The notes beneath the pieces were generated by a model. It had not been told where the DNA came from and ran no database searches. It saw only the letters and a list, made by a program, of their open reading frames with translations. A program made the translations under genes and the position numbers. This document shows positions 54,257 through 64,000 of a stretch of DNA of 64,000 bases, in pieces (positions within the stretch are counted from its first letter, which is position 1; each line of letters begins with the position of its first letter). This stretch comes from a virus (taxonomy: Duplodnaviria > Caudoviricetes), in IMG/VR virus record IMGVR_UViG_3300012016_000003, positions 1 through 64,000 of that record. One strand, written 5' to 3'.

Positions 54257-55243
54257 CCTATTTATAGTATAGCTGCCATATTGTGCTTTGATACTATACT
54301 TTCCTCTTGGCAGTGAGATGCCATATTTACTTTCTAGTTCACTTCTGCTTATTTTCATTACGCATCTTTTTTATTTCACATATTGTTTTACCTAGAACAA
54401 GCATTTCATGGTATGAAAAGTTGTTACCTCTTGCGACATTGCAATCATAACAACAAACAACCACATTGTCTTTTGTATGACCTCTCGAATTGTCAATTCT
54501 ATCAAGCCCAAGTCTTGTAGTGTCGCCACAATAATGGCATTTCCCATTCATTATTTTTTCTTGTAGCCATTGATTGTCTATATCACACTCAAACCCTTTC
54601 TTTTTGTCTTTAAGCCTATATTGAGAAAGCATTTTTGAAACTTTGTCTTTCCTTTTTTGCTCGCTAGACAATTCATTTATGTCGGTTATAACACCTGCAA
54701 GGTTCTTATTCTTTCCGAAAAGAATTTGTTCTATGGTATAGTTCTTTCCCTTAAAGAATCTTTGCCTTACGCCTTGGTAGTTTAAGTCATATTGCTCACA
54801 CCATTCTACAAGGGTTTTAGTTTCTCCATTATAGGTTAGCTTAGCAAGCTTGCTAATGTTTTCAAGACCTTTCTCCACCCATTCACAATTATCCTTGCTA
54901 TATGGCTTTGATTTGTCCTTTCTGCATAGAATCATACCTTTAGACCAACCTGCGGAAGTGTCCTTGTCAAAGTTTTCAAAAAACTTCCACTCTTCGGGAA
55001 AACCTATAGACTGCCCTTTCTTTGTATTAACAACGGAACGCCAAGAGTTGTATTTACTCCCTTTGCTCCTATCATAGCCTTTATAGTCAGCCCTTGATTT
55101 CCAAGATAAAGACAAGGCTTGTGATTTCGTTAATCCTTCATACTTTTTTGCTGTCATATAACTTCTACATATTCTTCCGTTTGTAACAATGGCTTTCCGC
55201 TTGGAATGTTTAACCTTTTGTAAAATTCCTCATATCCAGCCCT
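54257..55243 (-). mobile_element. Predicted 987-nt group-I-like intron carrying an HNH endonuclease
   Basis: Removal restores HIGN-VID-DTEGC in frame (147 aa); 5' exon ends in U and intron ends in G; AATAGGG at both junctions. Confidence 0.7.
54339..55157 (-). CDS. Intron-encoded HNH endonuclease (degenerate N-terminal HNH, HTH, C-terminal HNH)
   Basis: CHYCG..LGLDRIDNSRGHTKDNVVVCCYDCN; N-terminal YNSWR..CRKDKSKPYSKDNCEW. Confidence 0.88.
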   Translation of the reverse strand: MTAKKYEGLTKSQALSLSWKSRADYKGYDRSKGSKYNSWRSVVNTKKGQSIGFPEEWKFFENFDKDTSAGWSKGMILCRKDKSKPYSKDNCEWVEKGLENISKLAKLTYNGETKTLVEWCEQYDLNYQGVRQRFFKGKNYTIEQILFGKNKNLAGVITDINELSSEQKRKDKVSKMLSQYRLKDKKKGFECDIDNQWLQEKIMNGKCHYCGDTTRLGLDRIDNSRGHTKDNVVVCCYDCNVARGNNFSYHEMLVLGKTICEIKKMRNENKQK

Positions 55244-55534
55244 ATTCCCGATATGGATTCTTACACCCTTGAAGTTAGGTACATTGTTTATCAAAGGCAC
55301 ACACCCCTTGCAAACCGTCTTGTAGGGTTCTTTTGCACCGAATCTTTGTGAATAGTTGTTCAACAAGACTTCATATCTGCCGCAAGGAATGGCAGTCTTT
55401 CCAGCCACTTTTGAACCACCGAAGTAAATCCTATCGTAGTCCTCAAGTACATCGCAAACATAGATGTTGTCTATATATAGCCTACCTATAGTATAAGTAG
55501 GCTTTCTTGCTATACGTTTAAGTACGAGTTCCAT
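55244..55534 (-). CDS. DUF5675 endolysin, exon 1
   Basis: MELVLKRIA..YTIGRLYID..CDVLED..KTAIPCGRY..VPNFKGVRIHIGN. Confidence 0.85.
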
Positions 55535-55536
55535 TC

Positions 55537-55908
55537 CTATTCCTCCTTTCCGTGTTTCTTGCTTTTGTTCGTCAAAGACTCAATCCTTCTTCCTTGTCTA
55601 GCCATCTCTTTCCTTATGTCAAGTATGGTGTTTTCAAGTTCGTTTATCTTTAGCCTAAGTTCACGGTTTTCCTTTCTTAGTTCCTCATTTTCCCTTCTTA
55701 GCAAGTCCCTATCATTCCTTATGAACTCACAAGACTTTTCAAGGTCTGCTATGGTGTTTTGGTACACGTGTTGTTGTGCCTCCCACCCTACTGCTTCGGC
55801 TTGTGTCGCCTCACCCTCATTCTTACGTTTGTAGGCACGATAGGTAAAAAGCCATCCAGTGCCTAGAATGAGTGTTGCCATTGAAAGTATAAATTCCAAC
55901 CATCCCAT
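55537..55908 (-). CDS. Probable holin-like protein (TM plus coiled coil)
   Basis: N-terminal TM segment; directly upstream of the endolysin. Confidence 0.55.
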   Translation of the reverse strand: MGWLEFILSMATLILGTGWLFTYRAYKRKNEGEATQAEAVGWEAQQHVYQNTIADLEKSCEFIRNDRDLLRRENEELRKENRELRLKINELENTILDIRKEMARQGRRIESLTNKSKKHGKEE

Positions 55909-55928
55909 ATTTTTCCCTCCTATACTTT

Positions 55929-57452
55929 CTATGACATTCCAGTCTTTACTCGGTTATCAACTATCTCGTCACTTCGGTTTACACTTATATTGTTTGCCGT
56001 TTGTGCATTGCTTTCTATCTGGCTGGAGTCTAGAGGTATCAAAGCACCCCGTTCTTCCATGATACGCTCAACCTCATTAGGTGCTGCATCAGGTGACTTT
56101 TCAATGATTGTCTTCATAGACAGCCACTTGGCTTCCATTGAAAGGTTGGTAATCTTTGTATTGTTTGTTTCAAGTGACCAAGGAACAATCTTTGCACCTA
56201 CACGCAACTTTGCATACTTGTTCATTCCGTTTGTTTCCAAGTCCAAACCCTCTTGGAACAAGTAGAACATATCATTGACGAACTTTTTCCAATCCATAGC
56301 CGATTGTGTTGCAAGTGCATAGTCATTAGACATGGCAAGCGCAATACCATTTCCGCCACTGTTTGTAGTGGTTATATCCTTCGGTGTGATGAACGATGTA
56401 GAACTGAAAAGAGAAATCTTTTCTTCCAATGTCTTGAGGTAGCCATCCATTGTCTGCGGCTCTGGGAACTGCAATACCTTTGCATCTTGCTTTCCGTTTG
56501 TTGTATCGCTTGAAAGGTTTATGATAAGTGTGGAACTGTCACGCTTGAAGCTGTCACTATCCATCTCACCCCAAAAGGCAAGTGCGAATGTACCGAACCT
56601 CTTCAATGCTATTGCAGCAATGTTTGCCATAAGTTCCCACATCTCTATGCTTGTTTCGGCATACTCCCAAGCAACCTTTCCACGCTTTGTAAGCAAAGGA
56701 CAGCGTGAAAATCCGTGCAGTTCACTTGTAATCTCCCAACCAGTGCCGTTTGTTTCACTTTGCACAATCCTATAGTGCTTGCGCTTATCGTATGTGTCAA
56801 TGACCGTCTTGTCATCAACTTGGTAAGCCAAGGAACGTGCAATCTCTATCCCATACTCATCATAGTTAGGGATTATTTGATACCCGTCCTCATAGCTGTA
56901 GCTTGTTACCACACATTCATTTGCGCTATTGTCATAGCTGAAAAGAATGCCGCAGTTTCCCGTTTGCTTGCAGGCATTGATGGCACGTGCAAGCCAATAG
57001 TCCATATTGCGCCAAGCCCAAGCAGCCTTGGCTTCCTCAAAGGCTTTCATGCCGCCTTGCTCTACATCAGGTAGGCAAAGGTTAAACTCCAATGGGTTGT
57101 TTGTCAGTGAACGCACATGGGCGGAGTGTATCAACTTTTGGAATGATGCGGTCTGGGTCAACTCAATCATCCCGCTTGGCATCTCACATCCGTCAAAACA
57201 AACCTTGATGTGCGGTATGGTCTTGTTCATTATGATGTGGTGCAAGCTAGGGTTGTATTCCGTAAGATAGGTGTCTTGCGAAATAGGGTGCAGTTCCAAA
57301 TTGGTAAAGCCTACGTCAAGCATGGTGTTGCACAAGATACCATCCGACTCATACCCTTGTGGATTCTTGTGCCCCCCACGTGTGAAGGGTTTCATCTTCA
57401 AGAGCCTTGTAGGGTCACTTAGATACCAATTTATGTTCTTTTTCCTAATCAT
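55929..57452 (-). CDS. Portal protein
   Basis: 507 aa, directly after terL; helical, with C-terminal TNLSMEAKWLSMKTIIE. Confidence 0.75.
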   Translation of the reverse strand: MIRKKNINWYLSDPTRLLKMKPFTRGGHKNPQGYESDGILCNTMLDVGFTNLELHPISQDTYLTEYNPSLHHIIMNKTIPHIKVCFDGCEMPSGMIELTQTASFQKLIHSAHVRSLTNNPLEFNLCLPDVEQGGMKAFEEAKAAWAWRNMDYWLARAINACKQTGNCGILFSYDNSANECVVTSYSYEDGYQIIPNYDEYGIEIARSLAYQVDDKTVIDTYDKRKHYRIVQSETNGTGWEITSELHGFSRCPLLTKRGKVAWEYAETSIEMWELMANIAAIALKRFGTFALAFWGEMDSDSFKRDSSTLIINLSSDTTNGKQDAKVLQFPEPQTMDGYLKTLEEKISLFSSTSFITPKDITTTNSGGNGIALAMSNDYALATQSAMDWKKFVNDMFYLFQEGLDLETNGMNKYAKLRVGAKIVPWSLETNNTKITNLSMEAKWLSMKTIIEKSPDAAPNEVERIMEERGALIPLDSSQIESNAQTANNISVNRSDEIVDNRVKTGMS

Positions 57453-57459
57453 TTTTCTT

Positions 57460-59235
57460 TTATATGTTGCTTAATATGTTCAAAATGTCACTCGCATTGC
57501 GTATCTTCTTTACACGATGTATTCTTGTGTCAACCATATCTTGACCACCGTTCACATTTAACAATACAAGCATGTCATCGGCTTGCACACGCTTTCGCAT
57601 TATTCCAGCATCCTCCTTTAGCATCCTATGGCAATCATAGATAAAGCCACCGCAGACAAGGATTATGTTATCCATAAGGTCGGGTGACATTCCCTTCAAA
57701 AGCTGCTTCATCTTTTCCTTTGCCATCATCTCCAGCCTTCCATTTGGTGTCTTTGTGAACTGGAATATCTTGCTTTCAAAAATCATGTGCTTTAATATCG
57801 TTGTACCGCCTTGCCTTTTCATGTTCTTGTGGTTGTAGTGCATCTCTGCCAACCTCGGTTCATAGTGTATCAACCCCGATTGTATCATTTCCATAGCCAC
57901 ATGACCAGCCTCATCCTTCATTGTCTTAAACTGAGCCTTACCTCTATTTGATGGTGTAGTAGCACCACTGAAGTGCATCGCACGTGGGAAACAGTCACTC
58001 AAAAAGCCAAATCCTTGAACATCCAAGACCATCTCTTTTTCTTGCAATCGGTGCTTGTCACGGAACTGCATAGCCATTATCACAGCATCACGGTTGTTAT
58101 TGTGCATGGAGTATTTTATATCACGGCAAAGGAAACCATATCCAGACCAAAGTTCCCAATACTTGAATATGAGGTTGTCAAATCCAGTAGTAGCCATATC
58201 CATAGTCATGAACCTCTTCAAAAGTTGGCTGTCATGGGGAACTTCACTAGGTCGGAACATTCGTTCTATATCCATAGTTGTAAGTTCCACATTGCTTAAA
58301 TCTTCCTCTTCTTTTTCATCCTCAATGGAATAGTTCCAGTTCACTTGATATGCAGACGCTGCCGTAGCTGCATTTGCAGCAAGTCCTCGGTAGCTTTTGT
58401 TCTTTGCCAACATCTTCTTGTTGTCACGCACATCAAAGGTAAAGAATGCCATAGAAAGAATGAAGTCCTCATAGGACATATCGGGGTCTACACTCAAAAG
58501 GCTGTCTATATGGTCTTTGCATTTCTCATAGACCTCCTTCTTTGTCCTTCCCCATACGGCTTTCTCGTAGTCACCGTTAGGCATGCAGAAGAACATGACA
58601 ACGCCATCCATAGACTTGTCTACAGTACCGTCATCATTTATCCATCCACCGCCATGTGCCCCTTTACCACACATTTTGCGCATAAAGCATTCACGCTCAG
58701 GGTTTTGTGCAAGGAATATCTGCGCCTTGCCCGATGTGTCACTACGAAGACGTGGGAAGAATGAGGAAATGGTGCGCCAAAGGAACTTGTTGCACTCATC
58801 AAATATAAGTTTCTTTGCTTGAAGACCCTTTGCAATCTTATCAATCACGATTGGGCTTTCATTGTCTAGCTGCTGGAACTTTATTTCCGAACCATTGTAT
58901 AGCTTTAGACCCATATCCGTCTGGTTACGGATGATTTCGCCTATAGGGTCATGGGGCTGCCTTTTGATTGTTCGGTCTATCAAAGGGTACATTTTCTTTA
59001 GCGTATCGTTCACTTTTCCAGCACCCCAGAAGTCACTCACGTTACGCATGAAGCAGACAATCTTTGCATTGTCATTGCCAGCCAAGTATTCAATAGGGGC
59101 ATAGTATAGGGCTACGGACTTACCGCCACCAGTACCACCCGTGAAGCACACGATGTCGGCATTTGAACGGATAGCTAGCCTTTGGTTGCCATCCTCAAGC
59201 GGTGCTAACACTATGTCATTCCTTTTCCTTGCCAT
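57460..59235 (-). CDS. terL: Terminase large subunit
   Basis: FTGGTGGGKS, LIFDE, MTMDMATTGFD nuclease motif; likely ATG at 59235. Confidence 0.92.
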   Translation of the reverse strand: MARKRNDIVLAPLEDGNQRLAIRSNADIVCFTGGTGGGKSVALYYAPIEYLAGNDNAKIVCFMRNVSDFWGAGKVNDTLKKMYPLIDRTIKRQPHDPIGEIIRNQTDMGLKLYNGSEIKFQQLDNESPIVIDKIAKGLQAKKLIFDECNKFLWRTISSFFPRLRSDTSGKAQIFLAQNPERECFMRKMCGKGAHGGGWINDDGTVDKSMDGVVMFFCMPNGDYEKAVWGRTKKEVYEKCKDHIDSLLSVDPDMSYEDFILSMAFFTFDVRDNKKMLAKNKSYRGLAANAATAASAYQVNWNYSIEDEKEEEDLSNVELTTMDIERMFRPSEVPHDSQLLKRFMTMDMATTGFDNLIFKYWELWSGYGFLCRDIKYSMHNNNRDAVIMAMQFRDKHRLQEKEMVLDVQGFGFLSDCFPRAMHFSGATTPSNRGKAQFKTMKDEAGHVAMEMIQSGLIHYEPRLAEMHYNHKNMKRQGGTTILKHMIFESKIFQFTKTPNGRLEMMAKEKMKQLLKGMSPDLMDNIILVCGGFIYDCHRMLKEDAGIMRKRVQADDMLVLLNVNGGQDMVDTRIHRVKKIRNASDILNILSNI

Positions 59236-59280
59236 CCCTACCTTTGCATTAAAAACTCGGCTTATTAATAATTTCTTTTT

Positions 59281-59408
59281 GCAAAGATACACATTGAAAA
59301 TGTGTTACAAATTCACACTATAATTAAATGTTGTTTCAAACAAGGTGTTTTAATCTATAGTTCACTTATTAAGTATTTTTATAGTTTTTCTTTATTGTTA
59401 AATTTGTG
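59281..59408. promoter_or_regulatory. Divergent late promoters
   Basis: Minus-strand TATCTTTG near 59282-59289 and plus-strand TAAATTTG at 59399-59406. Confidence 0.6.
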
Positions 59409-59463
59409 CCCAAACAAAAAGAAATTTGTTTTAACAATTTTAAAAACTTAATAGTAGAAAACT

Positions 59464-60099
59464 ATGACAAAAGAAGAAGCTTTGCAGAAAGTAAATGACT
59501 ATTGTAACGAGAAAAGTTACACTAATGCGACACTCACGGATGGGTTCAAGGAAAAGTTTGCCGAACATCTAGCCAAGCGTTATCCTGATGCAAGTGCAGA
59601 TGATGAAACGGCTATCGGTGACATGAAGTTTGCACTTAATTCTGCTTTCAGTGGTGCAAGCCTTATCATTACCGAAAAGAACAACGCCTTTGCATCGAAA
59701 GAAAACGATTACAAGAACCAAATCGCTGAGTTGAACAAGAAGATTGAGGGAAACGTGACCCCACCGCCAACACTTGAACTTCCAAAGGATGTGAAAGAAA
59801 AGCTTGAAAGACTTGAACAGTTCCAGATTGCCGAGAACAAGCAGAAAAAATACACATCCGTAATGGAACTTGCAAAGAAAGGCGTAAGGGAAGACCTTTT
59901 GACAAGCTTTACGGCTTTCGTGAAGGACTTTGACGTAGACCTCAACAAAGAGGATAAGGAACAAGCTGACAAGTGGGTGGAGAAATTCCAAGAGGTAATG
60001 AAACCTTCCTTTGGTAGTATCAAGCCTCTAGCACCACAGGCAACGCAGAAACGTGACGAAGAGTTTGTAAGTTCCTTGCCTAAAATAAAGGTACAATAA
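59464..60099 (+). CDS. Capsid scaffolding protein
   Basis: Charged coiled-coil protein, first gene of the head operon. Confidence 0.6.
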   Translation: MTKEEALQKVNDYCNEKSYTNATLTDGFKEKFAEHLAKRYPDASADDETAIGDMKFALNSAFSGASLIITEKNNAFASKENDYKNQIAELNKKIEGNVTPPPTLELPKDVKEKLERLEQFQIAENKQKKYTSVMELAKKGVREDLLTSFTAFVKDFDVDLNKEDKEQADKWVEKFQEVMKPSFGSIKPLAPQATQKRDEEFVSSLPKIKVQ

Positions 60100-60124
60100 C
60101 ATTTAATAACTAAAAAGGAAAAAT

Positions 60125-60853
60125 ATGGTAACAAATCTTGCTTACTTTTTTGAAACCGCCAAGAAAGTGCGTGGCGGTAAGTGGGTTTGGGTAAAGGATA
60201 GCAACGGTGAGAACCGTAACAATATCCTCCTTGGCGGCACTATTGCCAACCCAAACAAGGGATTTGGTCATCTTTGGGCTGCACAGCTTATGCAATATAC
60301 CCCAGGCCAGCCAATCCTGATTTTCCGTTCATTTGCGGTTTCTAAGGCTTCCGCAGCCAACGCAACTACTATTTACATCAAGGGTGACGGATATTCCGAT
60401 GCGCCAGAGGTAGGTCAAATCATCATGATTGCACCAGACGCATTGACCGTGGAAACCGTAACGGCAGACACAACAACTGGTGCAGTAACCAAGACAGTGG
60501 CTGATTATACTGGTCAATCTGCAAAGATTACCAATGTGGTGTATAGCGAAGCTAACGAAGAGTTTACGGTCACTATCGACACTGCTATTGGCGAACTCAC
60601 AACCGATTCAATCCTTGTAGAAGCAAATGGCAGTGCAGCAAGCGCAACCGCAAAGGTTCTTTGCCCAAAGCCTAACATTTTCAATGAGGCAGACCGTGAG
60701 ATGCTCCCGACTGAGGGCTACGGCTTCCAAAATGCCAACTATAGCGTATCAGGAGTTTACAACAAGCAGGCTTGGATTGCACGCATGCAGCCACTGCCAA
60801 AGTATGTCCTTGCCTATAACCGTTCTCTTATTGACGGAATCTTTTGTATTTAA
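60125..60853 (+). CDS. Head decoration/structural protein
   Basis: A/T/V-rich beta protein between scaffold and capsid. Confidence 0.6.
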   Translation: MVTNLAYFFETAKKVRGGKWVWVKDSNGENRNNILLGGTIANPNKGFGHLWAAQLMQYTPGQPILIFRSFAVSKASAANATTIYIKGDGYSDAPEVGQIIMIAPDALTVETVTADTTTGAVTKTVADYTGQSAKITNVVYSEANEEFTVTIDTAIGELTTDSILVEANGSAASATAKVLCPKPNIFNEADREMLPTEGYGFQNANYSVSGVYNKQAWIARMQPLPKYVLAYNRSLIDGIFCI

Positions 60854-60899
60854 TGGATAGCCAAGTACTAACAACGTAATAAAAGAAAGGAAATAAGAT

Positions 60900-62177
60900 A
60901 TGGCAAACGCATTGAAATTCCAATTTACCCCTGATGAGGCAATCAACAAATTGTACCAAAGGGGCTTCATGGATGGAACTAACGTAGGTTTCCTCCAGTC
61001 TTTGATAGACAACACCATCGAAATCGAAGAGAATGCCTTCTTCTGGCAAGACCACTTCCGTGTCGAGGGTAATGAATACGATATTGACCGCAGCGACTTG
61101 AAGAAGAACCCAGCTTGGACAGTAAAGCAACGTGTTGCACGCACCGTTCCTATGGCTGATGCAATGGCTCCGCTGAGTGAAACCATGCAGCTTGATGCTG
61201 AGGGCTTTGAAGAGAAGACTGGCTCTATCTACCAATATGGTAAGGGCTTGTTTGAAACCTCTATGTCAAAGCTTGAACTTGAAGCACGCCTTCGTGAACT
61301 CGGCCCAGACCAAAACCTTGTTGTAGGCTTTGTCCGTGGCGTTGCAGACCTTGTAAAGACACACAACCTCCGTATCTCTAACATGGCAGCTATGACTTTG
61401 AGCCGTGGTGGTGAGTATGGCAATACCATTGCAATCGCTAATGTAGCTGGAGGTACTGCAACCACACAAGGCTTCAGCGGTGTAACTGCAAACCAAAGTG
61501 CATACATCCCAGCAACCAACTACAAGCATGCTGGTGCAAAGGTATGGACTGATGCAACCGCAGACCTTCCAGAGCAGATGATGAAGATTGAGTATGACTT
61601 CAAGCAAGCCAACAATCTTCCAGACACAATGGCATTTGAGTGGGATATTCCTTGGGATATGATGGTTACTGTTCTTATTAAGAACGCAGCATTCATCAAG
61701 GAAGTAAACCGCTACCTTGCACTTGGTGCTCCTGACAAGGTTATTATCGTGAACAACGGAACAAGCACTACCGATGTAGGTTCTATCACTGTAGACCAGT
61801 TGATTGCATACAGCCGTTGGGAGTTGTCTAAGATTTCTCCTATCCGTATTGTTCGTGAACAGCAGACCGTACAAAATATCACTACCTACACAACCGTCAA
61901 GGGTTGGAAGCAAGGTGTGGCAGTTCTTCGCCCACTTGGATATGCTGGTGTATTGGTACACGCAAAGGTTGCTGATGTTGAGTTGATGCGCAGTGGTGAG
62001 GTTAATCGTGGTATTGACTTCTCTTTGGCAAAGGTTCAGGGCTTCTTGAACGTAATCAACAAGGTTACTCCAAACGGAATGCTGAAGTCCTACCATACCG
62101 ATGTGATAGGTCGCTATGCAACCGTATTGAACGAAAGTAAGTATCACGTTATCGTAGACACTACTACCGCAGACTAA
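60900..62177 (+). CDS. Major capsid protein
   Basis: 425 aa, position in the head operon, and AKVWTDATADLPEQM-type motif. Confidence 0.75.
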   Translation: MANALKFQFTPDEAINKLYQRGFMDGTNVGFLQSLIDNTIEIEENAFFWQDHFRVEGNEYDIDRSDLKKNPAWTVKQRVARTVPMADAMAPLSETMQLDAEGFEEKTGSIYQYGKGLFETSMSKLELEARLRELGPDQNLVVGFVRGVADLVKTHNLRISNMAAMTLSRGGEYGNTIAIANVAGGTATTQGFSGVTANQSAYIPATNYKHAGAKVWTDATADLPEQMMKIEYDFKQANNLPDTMAFEWDIPWDMMVTVLIKNAAFIKEVNRYLALGAPDKVIIVNNGTSTTDVGSITVDQLIAYSRWELSKISPIRIVREQQTVQNITTYTTVKGWKQGVAVLRPLGYAGVLVHAKVADVELMRSGEVNRGIDFSLAKVQGFLNVINKVTPNGMLKSYHTDVIGRYATVLNESKYHVIVDTTTAD

Positions 62178-62242
62178 TCTTGATAGATTTTGTGTATGTG
62201 TGAATGGTTTACTTGATTTTTAGATAGAAAGGATTTTGTTAT

Positions 62243-62632
62243 ATGACCGTACTTGAATGGCTTGATTCATCAACGATGTATTCTTCTTTTACAACGAAGA
62301 ACTTCATCAAGATAGCAATGGATAGGGGTATAGACCCAGAAAGTGATGCCTATGCAGACATAACGGATAGGGAACGTGACCTTTTGACCGCAGACCTTAT
62401 CTTTATGGCAGTGTTGCTACGCCCGTCAAACACCGCATCCTTGCAGCAAAGTCACAATGGTTTCCAAAAGACCATAGGTCAGGAGCAGGACTTCTATCAA
62501 GACGAGAAAATCAAGTATGCCATCCGCATATACAAGAACTACAGTGACCCGAAAGGTGAGGAACTTGAAGAATACTTGAAAAATAGGAAAATCAAGTTCA
62601 TAAGGATTGAAGATGAACTATGTGCAAGATAA
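62243..62632 (+). CDS. Head-tail adaptor
   Basis: IAMDRGIDP..LLTADL..QSHNGFQKTIG. Confidence 0.65.
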   Translation: MTVLEWLDSSTMYSSFTTKNFIKIAMDRGIDPESDAYADITDRERDLLTADLIFMAVLLRPSNTASLQQSHNGFQKTIGQEQDFYQDEKIKYAIRIYKNYSDPKGEELEEYLKNRKIKFIRIEDELCAR

Positions 62633-62638
62633 AGGACT

Positions 62639-62974
62639 ATGGCACTGCACGATGGAATTTTGGAGTTCCCTTACAAGGGTGTAATTAGGAGAACCATCAT
62701 TGAGGATGGCAAGGAAGACCAAGTTGTAGAAATCTACAACGGGGTTATGGATGAAACGATGAAGATGGACGATGAGGGACGTTCATTGCAGACTTCAGCC
62801 CATGTTGTTTCCATGCCATTGACAAAGGATAGTGACGGTAACTACATCATACCCATAAGGGGTGACAAGATTGAATTGTTTCGCTTTGGTCAAAGACTCT
62901 TGCTCACGGTTGACAATGCAGAACCTTCCCAACTTGACGGTATAAGCGTATATTGCAACCGCAACAAATGGTAA
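62639..62974 (+). CDS. Head-closure protein
   Basis: 111-aa beta-rich protein in neck position. Confidence 0.55.
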   Translation: MALHDGILEFPYKGVIRRTIIEDGKEDQVVEIYNGVMDETMKMDDEGRSLQTSAHVVSMPLTKDSDGNYIIPIRGDKIELFRFGQRLLLTVDNAEPSQLDGISVYCNRNKW

Positions 62975-62984
62975 TAGGTATATT

Positions 62985-63527
62985 ATGGCTAACAAGGCAA
63001 ATATAAAGTTCGATGATAAGTCATTAAGGAAAAACTTAATGAAAAACTATGAAACTATGCAAGCTGAACGCCTTGTTGCCTATGCCATTGAACAAATGAA
63101 CCAGATGGGGAACGAACTAAAGCAAAAGATGCTATACAAGCCTAGTGACCGAACACATAATATGCTAAACAGCTTGGTTTGGGCGGTGTATTATGACGGA
63201 AAGGAAAAGAGGCACGGGTTCTACCGAAAGTCGGCATCTACAAAGGGAGATTCCTATCTTCATGAGTTGGATGAAAATCCTATACCAGTGAACGGAAGGG
63301 AACTTGCAAAGCAGTTCTTGGCAACACACATACCTAGTGAAAAGGGATGGGAAATTGTTTGGGGCGTTCTTGTGCCATACTACGCATATTGGGAGGCAGG
63401 GCATGTGAATATGTACCATTGGTCAAGGGTTAAGTTCGCAATGATGACGCAACACTATGACCAGATAAAGAACAAGCTTGGTTCTAAGGTTAATGTAACA
63501 ATAGAAATATCAGTACCTAGATACTAG
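62985..63527 (+). CDS. Tail-completion protein (HK97 gp10-like)
   Basis: DRTHNMLNSL..VPYYAYWEAG. Confidence 0.6.
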   Translation: MANKANIKFDDKSLRKNLMKNYETMQAERLVAYAIEQMNQMGNELKQKMLYKPSDRTHNMLNSLVWAVYYDGKEKRHGFYRKSASTKGDSYLHELDENPIPVNGRELAKQFLATHIPSEKGWEIVWGVLVPYYAYWEAGHVNMYHWSRVKFAMMTQHYDQIKNKLGSKVNVTIEISVPRY

Positions 63528-63528
63528 A

Positions 63529-63966
63529 ATGATAAACGATTCACGAATAGACATATACGAATATCTTACTAGCTTGATGAAGCAAGTAACGGATAATGTG
63601 TACCCTATGGGAGAACCGACCACAACAACGGAAAGTGATGTGGATAACGGCTTTATTGTAGTGCTTGTGGGTAGGCTTAATGATGATTCGGAGTTTACTT
63701 GTGAAACCTACATTTGGACTAGGTGCTATATTACGGCTTATGTGCCTAAGAAGAACCGAGGCATCCTAAACAATTCATTGTATAGGGAATATGAGGAAAG
63801 TATCAATGCCATCATCAAGGCTGAACAAGAAAAGGAAGATGGCAGCAGGTACTTCATTGTTCCAGATACGGTTATTTCTATGGATGATGATGAAAAGACC
63901 CAAAAGAACAACCAATACCACATCTTTACGAAATCTTTCATCGTGGGCACTGACTATCAAGAATAA
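63529..63966 (+). CDS. Tail terminator-like protein
   Basis: 145 aa, in position after the gp10-like gene. Confidence 0.55.
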   Translation: MINDSRIDIYEYLTSLMKQVTDNVYPMGEPTTTTESDVDNGFIVVLVGRLNDDSEFTCETYIWTRCYITAYVPKKNRGILNNSLYREYEESINAIIKAEQEKEDGSRYFIVPDTVISMDDDEKTQKNNQYHIFTKSFIVGTDYQE

Positions 63967-64000
63967 AGAGATTATAAACAAATAAACAATAGAAAGGAAA

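Noticed and set aside
54257-55243. Gene-60-like ribosomal bypass between matching AAU-AGG codons
   Set aside because: The gap is about 1 kb, no stop follows the take-off site, and it would add an extra residue to the conserved motif.
38930-62147. Many overlapping opposite-strand ORFs in the track (e.g. 61266..62147, 52392..53000, 30036..30629)
   Set aside because: They are shadows of well-supported genes and lack motifs or start contexts.
800-64000. Stop-codon reassignment
   Set aside because: Long genes are intact in the standard code; the only split gene is explained by an insertion.

Overview
Bases ~800-64000 are a continuous tailed-phage genome of a Bacteroidota host, shown by TTTG...TAnnTTTG promoters, A-rich translation starts and Bacteroidales-type phage proteins. 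The standard genetic code is used. Layout: (1) a non-coding left end with a strong promoter and a long structured leader; (2) an early region with a MoxR-type AAA+ ATPase and partner, a serine recombinase, a stand-alone MutS-I domain and many small ORFs; (3) a replication/recombination region with iterons, a wHTH initiator candidate, RNase H, SSB, YqaJ, RecT, beta clamp, RuvC-like resolvase and tRNAs; (4) on the minus strand, terminase, portal, lysis genes, three large tail proteins and a conserved six-gene low-complexity module; (5) on the plus strand, scaffold, capsid and neck genes. Bases 1-~795 are a very AT-rich, unrelated DUF697-like gene fragment, probably an assembly chimera. The most unusual signals are at the RNA level: promoter-driven cassettes carrying sequences antisense to translation-start regions next to a covarying GNRA hairpin, two of them punctuated by tRNAs; two copies of a three-way-junction RNA whose loop pairs with duplicated sites at the downstream start codon; an HNH-carrying, atypical group-I-like intron splitting the DUF5675 endolysin; and a tRNA-like RNA with a ~50-nt anticodon-arm insertion. 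All family assignments come from motif recognition by eye; no database was searched.
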